A stretch of 64,000 nt of DNA from Flavobacteriales bacterium. Its GTDB lineage: Bacteria; Bacteroidota; Bacteroidia; Palsa-965. The notes below the pieces were generated by a model. The model ran no database searches. It was not told the DNA's origin and saw only the letters and a program-made list of their open reading frames with translations. Location of the stretch: NCBI GenBank assembly GCA_040377305.1, contig JBEIPA010000005.1, positions 160,001 to 224,000 on the forward strand, written 5' to 3'. Shown one piece after another: positions 7,914 to 18,508 of the stretch (position 1 is its first letter; each line of letters begins with the position of its first letter). The position numbers and the translations under genes are program-made.

Positions 7914-10900
7914 ATGAATAAAATGATCCGACGAATACTCTTTTTTCTTGGCGCGGTTTTACCGGCTTTCCTGAACGCACAGTTTTATAACGGCTCACAA
8001 ACTGATTTCGGCAAAAATCGTGTGCAATACCAGGACTTCAAATGGCAATACATGCGCTTCGAGAAATACGAAGTGTATTACAACATTGGCGGACGAGAAC
8101 TTGCCGTGTATACTGCCCGTGCTGCAAAACAACACATTTCTGATATCGAAAAGTTTCTCGACTTCACACTCGAAGAACGCATCCAGTTTGTTGTGTACAA
8201 CAAGCTCGAAGATTTCAAGCAGAGCAACGCCGGTCTGATTAATGATGACGGTTCCAACGTTGGTGGAATGACGCGCATTGTCGGAAGAAAAGTTTTCATT
8301 TACTACGAAGGCGATCACGTAAAACTGGAACAACAAATTCGCGCGGGCATAGCTGAAATCGTCATCAACCAAATGATGTATGGTGGTAATATGCGCGACA
8401 TGGTGAAGAACTCAACCCTGCTTGCGCTTCCGGAATGGTATATCAAAGGTCTGGTTTCTTACATTTCTGTTGGATGGAATACAGATGTTGACAATCGTGT
8501 TCGCGATGGAATCATGACCGGTCGTTATCGTAAATTCAATCACCTCACGGGTGAAGATGCAGTTTACGCCGGACATTCAATCTGGTACTATATCGCAGAG
8601 AAATATTCACCCGCCGTCATACCGAACATTCTCTACATGACGAAAGTGAGTCGGAATGTGGAGAGCGCTTTCTTATTTGTACTCGGCGTGAACATGCGCA
8701 TCCTCACCATTGAATGGCAAAATTATTTCTCGGAGAAGTTTTCCATGAATGATACGACGCGGGTCATGCCAACGATGAAGCCAATTCTGGAGAAACCGAA
8801 GCAAACGCGTGTCTATAGTCAGGCGAAAATTAGTCCCGACGGAAGATTTGTTGCGTATGTATCGAACGAACTCGGTCAGGTGAAAATCTGGCTCCATGAA
8901 CTGGCGACCGGAAAAAAGAAGCGCTTGTTCAAAGACGGACAGAAGCTTGATCGCATCAACGATTACTCGTATCCACTACTGGCTTGGCATCCAACCGGAA
9001 ATGTGCTTTCGTGGATTTATGAAGATGAAGGCGAAACATGGCTCAATTTCTACAACATAGAAGATGAAGAGCGAATCGAAAAACCGATTTTCAATTTCAT
9101 GAAGATCATCGATTACGCCTATTCACCGAACGGACAAACGCTGGTAATGTCTGCAGTAATGCGCGGACAAACTGACATTTTCGTTTACAACATTGCAGGT
9201 GGCGGACAAATTCAGATTACGAATGATATTTACGATGATCTCAATCCGCGTTTTGTAAACGGAGGGAAAGACATCATCTTCAGTTCGAACCGTAACAGCG
9301 ATACACTCACGAAAGTTGATCCGGACGTTCATCTGAACAAATACTTTGATTTGTGGTTGTACGACTGGCAGGAGAAATCGAATGTGCTTCGTCGTGTGAC
9401 CAATACACCACAAGTGAACGAGTGGCAGGCACAACCGTGGGATTCAACACACTTCAGTTACATCAGCGATAAGAACGGAATCCGTAATCGTTACGTGGGT
9501 TACTTCGACAGCGCAGTATCTTATATTGATACAGGAATGCACTACCGCTATTTCGCCTCAAGTATTCCGGTAACGAATTACAAGTATGGAATTCTCGAGC
9601 AGGAAGTTTCTCCTTCAGCCGGAAAGCTTTCTGAAATTCTCTATCACGATGGAAAGTATTACATCTACACAGAGAATCTGCTTCCGTTCAATGAGCTTGC
9701 TGCTACACGACTCAAGAACACAACGTATCGCGAACGGGTAATCGAGCTTACGAAAATCGAAATCGAAATGGATTCGCTTGCTGAAATTCAGAAACAGCAA
9801 ACGAAGATTACGATTCCTCCGCCGCCGAAAGTCGTAACGCAACCAACACCGGTACCACAGGACTCAGGGAAGATCGATATTCGCAATTACGAGTTCGAAG
9901 GAAATCCGGCGAAGCGTATTGATCAGGTTCCTCCTCCTCCGGTTGTCAGGAATCCGGATACCACTTCGAAAGACACGTCACTCGCAATGGCGCCGGCAAA
10001 AAATGAATTCCTGTTGCCAATTGTCCGCAACTACAAAATTCAGTTTAGCACCGAGTATGTTATCAGTCAGTTGGACAACAGTTACCTGAACGCAGGTTAC
10101 CAGCGATTCACAGGTGGTGGCGCTCCGATTTATCTGAATCCGGGTTTCACCGGTTTGTTCAAGATCGGAATGACCGATATGCTGGAAGATCACAAACTGG
10201 TTGGTGGTGTTCGTCTCTCCGGCGACATCAACAACAACGAGTATGTGCTTTACTATGAAGACCGCACCAAACGCTGGGACAAGAGTTTGATGTTGCACCG
10301 TCAGTCTTTACCTGCGTTGAATCCGAACAGTCCAAGTCGCATTCACACACACGAAGGACGTTACGGTCTGAAATATCCATTCAATGAAGTGTTGAGTGTA
10401 CGCGGTTATTTCGGTTACAGAAATGACGAACGTACTTTCCTCGCGACAGATATGTTCTCCTTGAACCGCAAGAACCAGTACAACAATTCTGCGAACGTGA
10501 AGTTTGAACTCGTGTTCGACAACACCATTAAACGCGGATTGAACTTGTATAACGGAATGCGTTTCAAAGTTTTCGTGGAAACATTCCAGGGTCTTGACAG
10601 TGTATTCCAGGCGAAGAATGCAGCGAACAAATGGTTCAAGAACGATTTGTACATCGTTGGATTCGATTTCCGTCACTACCAGAAAGTGCATCGTGAAATT
10701 ATCTGGGCGAACCGCGTTTCATTCGCAACGTCATTCGGTCGCGAAAAACTGGTTTACTACATGGGTGCGGTCGACAATTGGCTCATGCCGAAGTTCGATC
10801 CGTCTGTTCAGGTTTCTCAGACCCAGAACTACACGTATCAGACACTCGCAACACCTATGCGTGGTTTCTGGCAGAACATCCGTAACGGAAATAGTTTCGC

Positions 10901-11255
10901 GATGATCAACAGTGAACTTCGTGTTCCATTGTTCCGCTACTTGTTTAACCGTCCGTTGCGTTCTGACTTCATCAACAACTTCCAGGTAATCGGATTCGGT
11001 GATATCGGAACAGCTTGGACCGGAAAGAGTCCTTATGATCCGAGCAATTCACTCAATACGCAAGTAATTGGTGCTCCCGGAAATCCTATCACCGTAATTC
11101 TTAACTCGCACAAAGAACCAATCGTTGGCGGTTATGGAATCGGATTACGCACGCGCCTCTGGGGATATTTCATTCGACTTGATTGGGGATGGGGTGTTGA
11201 GAACGGAATTGTTCAACCACGTGTTACTTACCTCTCATTCAGCTACGACTTCTAG
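7914..11255 (+). CDS. WD40/PD40-Omp85 family outer-membrane protein
   Basis: Signal peptide; FGKNRVQY N-terminus; peptidase-MA-like region (LPEWYIKGL); PD40 repeats (ISPDGRFVAY, YSPNGQTLV); Omp85-like barrel with the loop motif PMRGF and C-terminal YDF. Confidence 0.75.
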   Translation: MNKMIRRILFFLGAVLPAFLNAQFYNGSQTDFGKNRVQYQDFKWQYMRFEKYEVYYNIGGRELAVYTARAAKQHISDIEKFLDFTLEERIQFVVYNKLEDFKQSNAGLINDDGSNVGGMTRIVGRKVFIYYEGDHVKLEQQIRAGIAEIVINQMMYGGNMRDMVKNSTLLALPEWYIKGLVSYISVGWNTDVDNRVRDGIMTGRYRKFNHLTGEDAVYAGHSIWYYIAEKYSPAVIPNILYMTKVSRNVESAFLFVLGVNMRILTIEWQNYFSEKFSMNDTTRVMPTMKPILEKPKQTRVYSQAKISPDGRFVAYVSNELGQVKIWLHELATGKKKRLFKDGQKLDRINDYSYPLLAWHPTGNVLSWIYEDEGETWLNFYNIEDEERIEKPIFNFMKIIDYAYSPNGQTLVMSAVMRGQTDIFVYNIAGGGQIQITNDIYDDLNPRFVNGGKDIIFSSNRNSDTLTKVDPDVHLNKYFDLWLYDWQEKSNVLRRVTNTPQVNEWQAQPWDSTHFSYISDKNGIRNRYVGYFDSAVSYIDTGMHYRYFASSIPVTNYKYGILEQEVSPSAGKLSEILYHDGKYYIYTENLLPFNELAATRLKNTTYRERVIELTKIEIEMDSLAEIQKQQTKITIPPPPKVVTQPTPVPQDSGKIDIRNYEFEGNPAKRIDQVPPPPVVRNPDTTSKDTSLAMAPAKNEFLLPIVRNYKIQFSTEYVISQLDNSYLNAGYQRFTGGGAPIYLNPGFTGLFKIGMTDMLEDHKLVGGVRLSGDINNNEYVLYYEDRTKRWDKSLMLHRQSLPALNPNSPSRIHTHEGRYGLKYPFNEVLSVRGYFGYRNDERTFLATDMFSLNRKNQYNNSANVKFELVFDNTIKRGLNLYNGMRFKVFVETFQGLDSVFQAKNAANKWFKNDLYIVGFDFRHYQKVHREIIWANRVSFATSFGREKLVYYMGAVDNWLMPKFDPSVQVSQTQNYTYQTLATPMRGFWQNIRNGNSFAMINSELRVPLFRYLFNRPLRSDFINNFQVIGFGDIGTAWTGKSPYDPSNSLNTQVIGAPGNPITVILNSHKEPIVGGYGIGLRTRLWGYFIRLDWGWGVENGIVQPRVTYLSFSYDF

Positions 11256-11261
11256 AACTGT

Positions 11262-12479
11262 ATGGAGGAAGACAAATCCCTGCTGAATGCAGTTCAGGAA
11301 GCTGCAAAGAATTTACTTCCGAGAGTAATCAACATCCGCAGACATTTACATGCGAATCCTGAATTGTCGTTCAAAGAATTCAAGACCGCGGAATTTGTCA
11401 CCGATGAATTAGAAGCGATGGGGATTTCCTGCGAGCGCATGAGCTCAACCGGAGTCGTTGCATTGATACACGGATCGAAGGGAGAAGGAACCACGATTGC
11501 ACTGCGAGCAGATCTTGATGCATTGCCAATCACCGAAAAGAATTCCACCGAATACGTTTCGAAGAACGAAGGCGTGATGCATGCATGCGGACATGATGTT
11601 CACGCGGCATCATTACTTGGTGCGGCACAAATCCTGAATGGGATGCGTGAACATTTCGCCGGAACGATCAAACTGATTTTTCAACCGGGAGAAGAAGTGC
11701 TTCCTGGTGGTGCGTCCATTATGATCAAAGACGGCGTGCTTGAAAATCCGGGGCCGGAATCTATTTTCGCGCAACACGTCTTCCCTTCTCTGCCAGCGGG
11801 CAAAGTTGGTTTCCGCAGCGGCATGTACATGGCATCGACCGATGAACTGCATGTGACTGTTTACGGAAAAGGTGGTCACGCGGCGATGGTGAATGAGTAC
11901 GTGAATCCGATTCTGATTGCCTCTACGATCGTTGCTGCACTTCATGCATTTATCATGGACAAGCAAACACGTTTGGGTTCTGCCAATGAAACGCCGACTG
12001 TACTTGCATTCGGAAAAATAGAAGGTAAAGGCGCAACCAATGTGATTCCGGAAACCGTTTCTATGGAAGGAACATTCCGCACCATGAATGAAGAGTGGAG
12101 AGAGAAAGCACACGAGTTCATGATTCGCACGTCGGAAGGCATCGCGAAAGAAATGGGCGGTCGTTGTGAATTCAGAGTTGTACGCGGTTATCCGGTTTTG
12201 TTCAACGATGCAGAAATTACAGAGCGCGCACGTTGGGCTGCTGAAGAATATCTCGGCAATCACAACGTAGTGGATCTTGAAATGCGAATGACGGCAGAAG
12301 ATTTTGCATTCTACTCCCAGAAAATTCCGGCATGTTTCTACCGATTAGGAACAGCTTCTACTGATGGCAAATTCACAGCAGGTGTTCACTCGCCTGTTTT
12401 CGACATCGACGAGAAAGCTTTGCAAACCGGAGCCGGATTGCTTGCATGGATTGCACTCAACGAACTTCGTAACCAGTGA
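11262..12479 (+). CDS. M20D family amidohydrolase
   Basis: RRHLHANPELS, LRADLDALP, MHACGHD, FQPGEE, AEDF. Confidence 0.95.
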   Translation: MEEDKSLLNAVQEAAKNLLPRVINIRRHLHANPELSFKEFKTAEFVTDELEAMGISCERMSSTGVVALIHGSKGEGTTIALRADLDALPITEKNSTEYVSKNEGVMHACGHDVHAASLLGAAQILNGMREHFAGTIKLIFQPGEEVLPGGASIMIKDGVLENPGPESIFAQHVFPSLPAGKVGFRSGMYMASTDELHVTVYGKGGHAAMVNEYVNPILIASTIVAALHAFIMDKQTRLGSANETPTVLAFGKIEGKGATNVIPETVSMEGTFRTMNEEWREKAHEFMIRTSEGIAKEMGGRCEFRVVRGYPVLFNDAEITERARWAAEEYLGNHNVVDLEMRMTAEDFAFYSQKIPACFYRLGTASTDGKFTAGVHSPVFDIDEKALQTGAGLLAWIALNELRNQ

Positions 12480-13885
12480 GAAAGTTTGCGCTGACTGCAT
12501 CAATTCTTGTTGCGGCAGTTGTGCAGCTGTTGTTCACTTCCTGTGGCAATGATCTTCCAATTGATTCTCCCGAAGACAGTATACCTCTTCCTTTTCCACA
12601 ATATACTTTCGAGCTAAGAGATTCCACATTCAGAAACGGCTGTTTTTTGGTTTCGCTTTTCGGAACGCAGAAAGAAGCCGACAAGCACAAGTGCTCCATT
12701 TTCATTCTCGATGCAAGTGGTGCAACAGTGTGGTGCAAACCCAATACAGATTGGTCCAACTTTCAGATTCACGAAGAAGGTTGGTATTCGTATTATCGCG
12801 AGGGAAAATACTACATACTCGATTCAAAATTCCAGCTAACAGATTCGGTCTGGTGCGTGAATGGTGCGCAAACAGATGCCCACGAATTGATCTGGGAATA
12901 CGAAACGCATCACTACATTCTCATTGGAACACGCACAGATACGGTTGATGCGTCCGGAATGGGACGGCCAAATGGTTCATCGTGGCGGGGCGCAAAGAAA
13001 TGTGCGGTCAAATACGGTGTCATTCAGGAACTCGACGAAGAGAATAATCTCGTGTGGGAATGGAACTCAAAAGGTCATTTTCTCAGTGAAAACATGGATC
13101 GTGCCTTTCTGCAGGATTCGTTCAAACTAGACATGCCGCACTTTAATTCCATAGATATTGATTCTGCCGGCAACTTTTTGATTTCAGCGCGTTATACCCA
13201 TGAAGTGATCTACCTGAACCGACAAACTGATTCCATTGAATGGAGACTGGGAGGCAATCTTTCCGATTTCACATTCGTGAATGATTCACTCCCGTTTTTG
13301 GGTCAGCACCAGGCGCGTTGGCTCACCGGCGGAAGTATTCTGTTGTACGATAACGGCTACAGCCATCCGGGCAACACACACAATTCGCGCAGCATAGAAT
13401 ACAAATTGGACATGGCAGCAAAAACTGCAACACGTGTCTGGTCGTGGAGCTACCCGAAAGACCTCATTGCAGAATCGACTGGAGGAACACAAAGATTAAA
13501 TGATGGTCGTACGCTAGTGAGTTTCGGAAAGCTTGTAGATAGAAAACCGAATGTGTTGTTTGCTGTCGTTGACGCAGAAGGCTCTATAGATGTTGAATGT
13601 TCGTTCAATGATACGCTGGGAACCTACCGCACTTATTTTACCGAACAGATGATTGTAGGCCCGGATATGCCCAACGTAAATCTCTACATACAGAACGGAG
13701 AATATTGGCTGGCGACTTCCGATCATTCGGTGGTGTTGTGGTCGAACGGAATTGTTGGGAATGGAATTCGTGTTTACAAGCCTGGCGTCTATCAGTGCTT
13801 CCGGAAGAATGCGGATGGATCGTATACGGGAACTTTTGCAATTCCGGTTACTCAGGCAGAGTTGGACGGGTTAATGTTACAGTAA
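12476..13885 (+). CDS. Arylsulfotransferase (ASST) family lipoprotein
   Basis: Lipobox FTSC; DAHE, HFNSID, LISAR, GQHQAR and LYDNG motifs. Confidence 0.8.
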   Translation: MRKFALTASILVAAVVQLLFTSCGNDLPIDSPEDSIPLPFPQYTFELRDSTFRNGCFLVSLFGTQKEADKHKCSIFILDASGATVWCKPNTDWSNFQIHEEGWYSYYREGKYYILDSKFQLTDSVWCVNGAQTDAHELIWEYETHHYILIGTRTDTVDASGMGRPNGSSWRGAKKCAVKYGVIQELDEENNLVWEWNSKGHFLSENMDRAFLQDSFKLDMPHFNSIDIDSAGNFLISARYTHEVIYLNRQTDSIEWRLGGNLSDFTFVNDSLPFLGQHQARWLTGGSILLYDNGYSHPGNTHNSRSIEYKLDMAAKTATRVWSWSYPKDLIAESTGGTQRLNDGRTLVSFGKLVDRKPNVLFAVVDAEGSIDVECSFNDTLGTYRTYFTEQMIVGPDMPNVNLYIQNGEYWLATSDHSVVLWSNGIVGNGIRVYKPGVYQCFRKNADGSYTGTFAIPVTQAELDGLMLQ

Positions 13886-13901
13886 CCGTTAACTTCGCAC
13901 C

Positions 13902-14567
13902 ATGAAATTCACCGGCAACGTCATCCCCTCTACGCTCTCCACTTCCGAACAGGAAATGCTGGACAAGGGAATTGCTTTGCCCTTGATGGAAGAGTTCTAT
14001 ACGATTCAGGGAGAAGGATTTCATACGGGAAAACCAGCCTACTTCATTCGCGTAGGCGGTTGCGATGTAGGTTGTCACTGGTGTGATGTGAAAGAGAGCT
14101 GGGATGCAAATCTTCATCCGCTAACGAAAGCCGACCAGATTGTAGCGAATGCCTTGCAACATCCTGCCCGTGCGGTCGTTGTTACCGGAGGAGAACCTTC
14201 TGCGTTTCAGATGGATTATCTGACCAAAAAGCTCAAGGAAAACGGTGTGCAAACGTACATTGAGACCTCGGGAAGCTATCCGTTAACCGGAAACTGGGAC
14301 TGGATTTGCCTATCACCGAAAAAAACATTGCCACCGAAGACTGAAAACTACAGTAAGGCACACGAATTGAAAGTAATCATTCACAATAAAGATGATTTCC
14401 GCTGGGCGGAGGAACAGGCTGCACTCGTTAACAAAGATTGTATGCTTTTTCTTCAACCGGAGTGGAGTAAATCAAACGAAATGATGCCGTTGATCGTTGA
14501 TTATGTGATGGCGAATCCACGGTGGAATGTTTCGTTGCAAACGCATAAGTACATGCACATCCCATAA
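13902..14567 (+). CDS. queE: 7-carboxy-7-deazaguanine synthase (radical SAM)
   Basis: EEFYTIQGEG, CDVGCHWCD, TGGEP, IETSG, LSPK, LQPE, SLQTHK. Confidence 0.95.
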   Translation: MKFTGNVIPSTLSTSEQEMLDKGIALPLMEEFYTIQGEGFHTGKPAYFIRVGGCDVGCHWCDVKESWDANLHPLTKADQIVANALQHPARAVVVTGGEPSAFQMDYLTKKLKENGVQTYIETSGSYPLTGNWDWICLSPKKTLPPKTENYSKAHELKVIIHNKDDFRWAEEQAALVNKDCMLFLQPEWSKSNEMMPLIVDYVMANPRWNVSLQTHKYMHIP

Positions 14568-14610
14568 CAATGCGCAGTGCGCAAGTACCAGTGCGCAATA
14601 CGCAGTTACG
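14568..14610. repeat. Heptamer run, same family as 1998-2080 (single arm)
   Basis: caatgcg-cagtgcg-caagtac-cagtgcg-caatacg-cagttac, starting immediately after the queE stop. Confidence 0.75.
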
Positions 14611-14636
14611 GAATGTTCATTTAAGAAATTTAGACT

Positions 14637-16598
14637 ATGAAAAACACGATTCTCGTTCTGCTACTACTGTTTGGTCTTGTTTCCTGCAAGGCACAGACTC
14701 CGTTAACAACGAAAAGCAAGAAGGCTGAGAAAGCATACAACCTTGCGATTCAGTACATGGACTTGTTCCAGTGGGACAAAGCGCTTGTGGAGTTGCAGAA
14801 AGCAAAAGAGGCCGATCCGAATTTCGTTGAAGCGTATACGTTGCAGGCGAATCTTCATTTGCAATTGCGTGAGTGGGATAAAGCAGAAGTGGAATTTGAA
14901 AAAGCATTTGCGATTAATCCAACATTCTTCCCGGGATCGTTTTACGATTGTGCGAATGCAGAAATGAAGCAGGGAAAATACGCCGAAGCAAAAGCACATT
15001 TCGAAGAGTTCAAGAAAACACGTCGTTCGAGTACACCACAGCGGTTGGTTGATGATACGGAAAGGCAAATCGCGAATTGTGATTTTGCGATTAAAGCAAT
15101 TGCGAATCCAGTTCCGTTCAAGCCAATGAATATGGGTATTGGAATCAACTCAAAAGATTGCGAGTACTTTCCGAATGTCACTGCAGACGATAACACATTT
15201 CTCTTCACACGAAATGCATTGACGAAGAATCCGAACGGCGTGGGTCAGCGCGACCAGGAAGATTTTTACATCTCCTACAAAGGTGACGACGGCGCGTGGA
15301 GTACAGCTGCGCCCTTGAGCAGCATCAACACTCCAACGAATGAAGGTGCGCCTTCGCTTTCTGCGGATGGACGTTATTTATATTTCGCAGCCTGCGAAGA
15401 AATGGATGGTTACGGCGGAGGCAGAATGGGTTACGGAAGTTGCGATATTTTCTTCACGCAAAAAGTGAATGGTCAGTGGACACGCGCGGTGAATGTCGGC
15501 ACACCCGTAAATACTGCTGCATGGGAAACACAACCTTCTTTCTCTTCGGATGGAAGAACGTTGTATTACATCAGCAATCGCAGAGATGGATTAGGAAGCA
15601 GTGATATCTGGATGTGTATGCTGAACGATTCGGGGAAATGGGGCAAACCTGTGAACCTCGGAAAAGACATCAACACAACCGGAAAAGAGGAAGCCGTATT
15701 TATTCACCCGGATAATCAGACCTTGTATTTCGCTTCTGATGGTCACACCGGAATGGGCGGATTGGATTTGTACATCTGTCGCCGCGATTCACTGGGCAAT
15801 TGGGGCAAACCAGTTAACCTCGGTTATCCGATCAACACGTTTGCAGATGAAAGCGGATTGATTGTAAACGGTGCTGGTAATCTCGCTTACTTCTCCAGTA
15901 CACGCGACGGCACAACAGGGTGCGATGACATTTACTACTTCGAAATTCCAGTGCCACTCCAACCTGTTGCGGTGACGTACATGAAAGGAAAAGTGTACGA
16001 CATCAAAACGAAAGCTCCGCTGGGTGCATCCTTCGATCTGATTGATCTCGCAACTGGAAAAACGATCATATCATCCATGTCTGATCCGGTTACAGGAGAA
16101 TTTCTCGTGTGTATTCCACAGAACAAAAACTACGCATTGAATGTGAATCGCGGTGGATACATGCCGTATTCCGAATCATTCTGGATGATGGAATCAACTA
16201 ATCCAGGTCAGCCTTACTACATGGACGTTCCATTGACGCCGGTAGCCATTGACGCACCTACTGTGCTGAAGAACGTGTATTTCGACATCGACAAATGGGA
16301 TCTGAAACCAACTTCCACTGCCGAACTTGATCGTATGGTGAAGTGGCTCAAAGCGAATCCGAATATCAAAGGCGAAATTGGCGGTCACACGGATAACACC
16401 GGCGACAAGAAACACAACCAGGAACTTTCTCAGAAGCGCGCGAAGTCGGTGTACGATTATCTCGTAGCTCATGGCATTGACGCAACACGTCTCACGTACA
16501 AAGGGTATGGAGATGCCGTGCCGCTTTATGCGAATGACACGCCGGAGCACAAGCAGATGAACAGGCGCACGGAGTTCAAGATTACGAGTGTGAAGTAG
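14637..16598 (+). CDS. PorE-like lipoprotein (TPR, PD40 propeller, carboxypeptidase-regulatory-like domain, OmpA C-terminal domain)
   Basis: Lipobox LVSC; TPR helices; PSLSADGRYLYF repeats; GHTDNTG, LSQKRA and NRRTEF. Confidence 0.9.
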   Translation: MKNTILVLLLLFGLVSCKAQTPLTTKSKKAEKAYNLAIQYMDLFQWDKALVELQKAKEADPNFVEAYTLQANLHLQLREWDKAEVEFEKAFAINPTFFPGSFYDCANAEMKQGKYAEAKAHFEEFKKTRRSSTPQRLVDDTERQIANCDFAIKAIANPVPFKPMNMGIGINSKDCEYFPNVTADDNTFLFTRNALTKNPNGVGQRDQEDFYISYKGDDGAWSTAAPLSSINTPTNEGAPSLSADGRYLYFAACEEMDGYGGGRMGYGSCDIFFTQKVNGQWTRAVNVGTPVNTAAWETQPSFSSDGRTLYYISNRRDGLGSSDIWMCMLNDSGKWGKPVNLGKDINTTGKEEAVFIHPDNQTLYFASDGHTGMGGLDLYICRRDSLGNWGKPVNLGYPINTFADESGLIVNGAGNLAYFSSTRDGTTGCDDIYYFEIPVPLQPVAVTYMKGKVYDIKTKAPLGASFDLIDLATGKTIISSMSDPVTGEFLVCIPQNKNYALNVNRGGYMPYSESFWMMESTNPGQPYYMDVPLTPVAIDAPTVLKNVYFDIDKWDLKPTSTAELDRMVKWLKANPNIKGEIGGHTDNTGDKKHNQELSQKRAKSVYDYLVAHGIDATRLTYKGYGDAVPLYANDTPEHKQMNRRTEFKITSVK

Positions 16599-16754
16599 TT
16601 GTATTGACCCTACAGGGCAAGGGGGTTTTCTTCAGAGGTTTTTTATGCATGTTTGGCTTCTATGAAGCCATGAATATATCACAGGTCCTGTAGGGACCAA
16701 ACATGCATAAAAAACGTAACCCGCACGCCCCCTTGCCCTGTAGGGGCAAAACAA
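16599..16754. repeat. REPIN/MITE-like nested palindrome
   Basis: Outer arms TTGTATTGACCCTACAGGGCAAGGGGG / CCCCCTTGCCCTGTAGGGGCAAAACAA (25 of 27 match). Inner perfect 19-bp arms GTTTTTTATGCATGTTTGG. Four small hairpins. Confidence 0.85.
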
Positions 16755-16773
16755 ATCAGAGTATATTAGTGTA

Positions 16774-17544
16774 ATGTCCGTCTGGTCTAACGTTCGAGCT
16801 TATCTCCGTCACCGCCGAAATGCAGTGACCAAGCACGGTGTACACTCGCCATTTGTGTTTGATCTGGTGACGAAAACATTTCCGAACGACGAAACCGATT
16901 TCACCACTTTCCCTGCAGAAAAATGGCGTGAAGAATGCCTGGCGAATCACAACACGATTGAGGTTCGTGATTTCGGCACTGGAAAATCCGGTCCGCGAAA
17001 AATAGCTGCAATTGCCCGTCGCGCGGCGAAGTCCCCGAAAGAAGGACGGTTACTGTATCGTGTTACAAAACGTTTCCAGCCGAAAACCATTCTTGAACTT
17101 GGAACGTCAATTGGCATTTCAGCGATGTATATGCGCGCGGGAACATCTGATGCAAAAATTGTGACCATTGAAGGTTGTCCGGAAACGGCACGAGTTGCGC
17201 GGGAAGGAATGAATAAGCACGGTATTGCCGCTGATGTTCGTGTTGGGGACTTCTCTTCTACGCTATCCGGAGTACTCGAAGAACTGAAGTCGATTGATTT
17301 AGTTTACATCGATGGCAATCACCGCCGTCAACCAACGCTTGATTACTTCCATGCAATCCGCAAGTATTCGCACAACGAAACCGTTTTCATTTTCGACGAT
17401 ATTCATTGGTCAGTCGAAATGGAAGAAGCGTGGAAGGAAATTATTGCGGATAAAGATGTGCATGTGAGTTTGGATGTTTTTCATTTTGGACTGGTGTTCT
17501 TTAGATCTCAGCAGGTGAAGGAGCATTTTGTGTTGCGTTGGTAA
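16774..17544 (+). CDS. Class I SAM-dependent O-methyltransferase (Methyltransf_24-like)
   Basis: HGVHSPFVF, ILELGTSIGIS, YIDGNH, DDIHWS. Confidence 0.9.
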   Translation: MSVWSNVRAYLRHRRNAVTKHGVHSPFVFDLVTKTFPNDETDFTTFPAEKWREECLANHNTIEVRDFGTGKSGPRKIAAIARRAAKSPKEGRLLYRVTKRFQPKTILELGTSIGISAMYMRAGTSDAKIVTIEGCPETARVAREGMNKHGIAADVRVGDFSSTLSGVLEELKSIDLVYIDGNHRRQPTLDYFHAIRKYSHNETVFIFDDIHWSVEMEEAWKEIIADKDVHVSLDVFHFGLVFFRSQQVKEHFVLRW

Positions 17545-17553
17545 ATTCTCGGC

Positions 17554-17726
17554 TGCCTGCGGCGCTCTACACGGCGGCACAGCGTTACGGAGCGCTTTGT
17601 TTTCTATTCTAAGCCCACGAGAAACGGAGGATCGCTGAGCGATCCGTTTCCGCCCCGTGCCGCGTGGGTTTAGAATTAGCAATCCTTCTCCGTTTCGCTG
17701 TGCCGCCGTGTAAAGCGCCGCAGGCA
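17554..17726. repeat. Long GC-rich palindromic element (REPIN/MITE-like)
   Basis: 39-bp arms 17554-17592 and 17688-17726 (3 mismatches). Inner arms ATTCTAAGCCCACG / CGTGGGTTTAGAAT. Central GGATCGC-TGA-GCGATCC hairpin. Confidence 0.88.
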
Positions 17727-17744
17727 TTCACTATCTTTGGTGGG

Positions 17745-18470
17745 ATGTTAGAAACGATCATCAAGCTTGATCACATGCGCCGCGAATACCACGTTGGCAG
17801 CGAGCACATTCTTGCGCTTCGCGATGTATCACTTGAAATTTACAAGGGAGATTATGTGGCGATGATGGGCCCATCGGGTTCCGGAAAATCCACGCTAATG
17901 AATATGATCGGTTGTTTAGATACACCGACCAGCGGAGAATATATTCTCAACAAGAAATCGGTTGCGAATATGAGCGACAACGAACTTGCTGAAGTGCGCA
18001 ACAAAGACATTGGTTTCGTTTTTCAGACGTTCAATCTTTTGCCGCGACAAACCGCATTGGAGAATGTTATGCTCCCGTTGGTGTACGCAGGTCTTTCTAA
18101 GGCTCAACGCATTGTCAAAGCAGAGTTTGCTCTTGAGCAGGTTGGATTGAAAGACCGGATGCATCATCGTCCGAATGAACTTTCAGGCGGACAACGTCAG
18201 CGTGTTGCGATTGCTCGCGCGCTTGTAAATAATCCTGCTATTATTCTCGCCGATGAACCAACCGGTAACCTCGATTCGAAAACATCGGAGGAGATCATGG
18301 GCTTGTTCGAAGCAATTCATAAGGCAGGAAACACGATAATAGTAGTTACACACGAAGAAGATATTGCACAATATGCACACCGTATTGTTCGATTACGCGA
18401 CGGATTGGTAGAGCGTGATTATCCGAACGAGAACGTACGTCAGGTTGCAGTTCCCACTCTCCACGTGTAA
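17745..18470 (+). CDS. ABC transporter ATP-binding protein (LolD/MacB-like)
   Basis: [31 protein letters not shown]. Start moved to ATG 17745, just after a TATCTTTG box. Confidence 0.95.
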   Translation: MLETIIKLDHMRREYHVGSEHILALRDVSLEIYKGDYVAMMGPSGSGKSTLMNMIGCLDTPTSGEYILNKKSVANMSDNELAEVRNKDIGFVFQTFNLLPRQTALENVMLPLVYAGLSKAQRIVKAEFALEQVGLKDRMHHRPNELSGGQRQRVAIARALVNNPAIILADEPTGNLDSKTSEEIMGLFEAIHKAGNTIIVVTHEEDIAQYAHRIVRLRDGLVERDYPNENVRQVAVPTLHV

Positions 18471-18508
18471 GTCTGACAAGCAAGTAATAGTCATTAAACC
18501 CATGAACT

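Noticed and set aside
13880-13902. preQ1 riboswitch upstream of queE
   Set aside because: Only 16 nt separate the genes and the -7 box lies 4 nt from the ATG, leaving no room.
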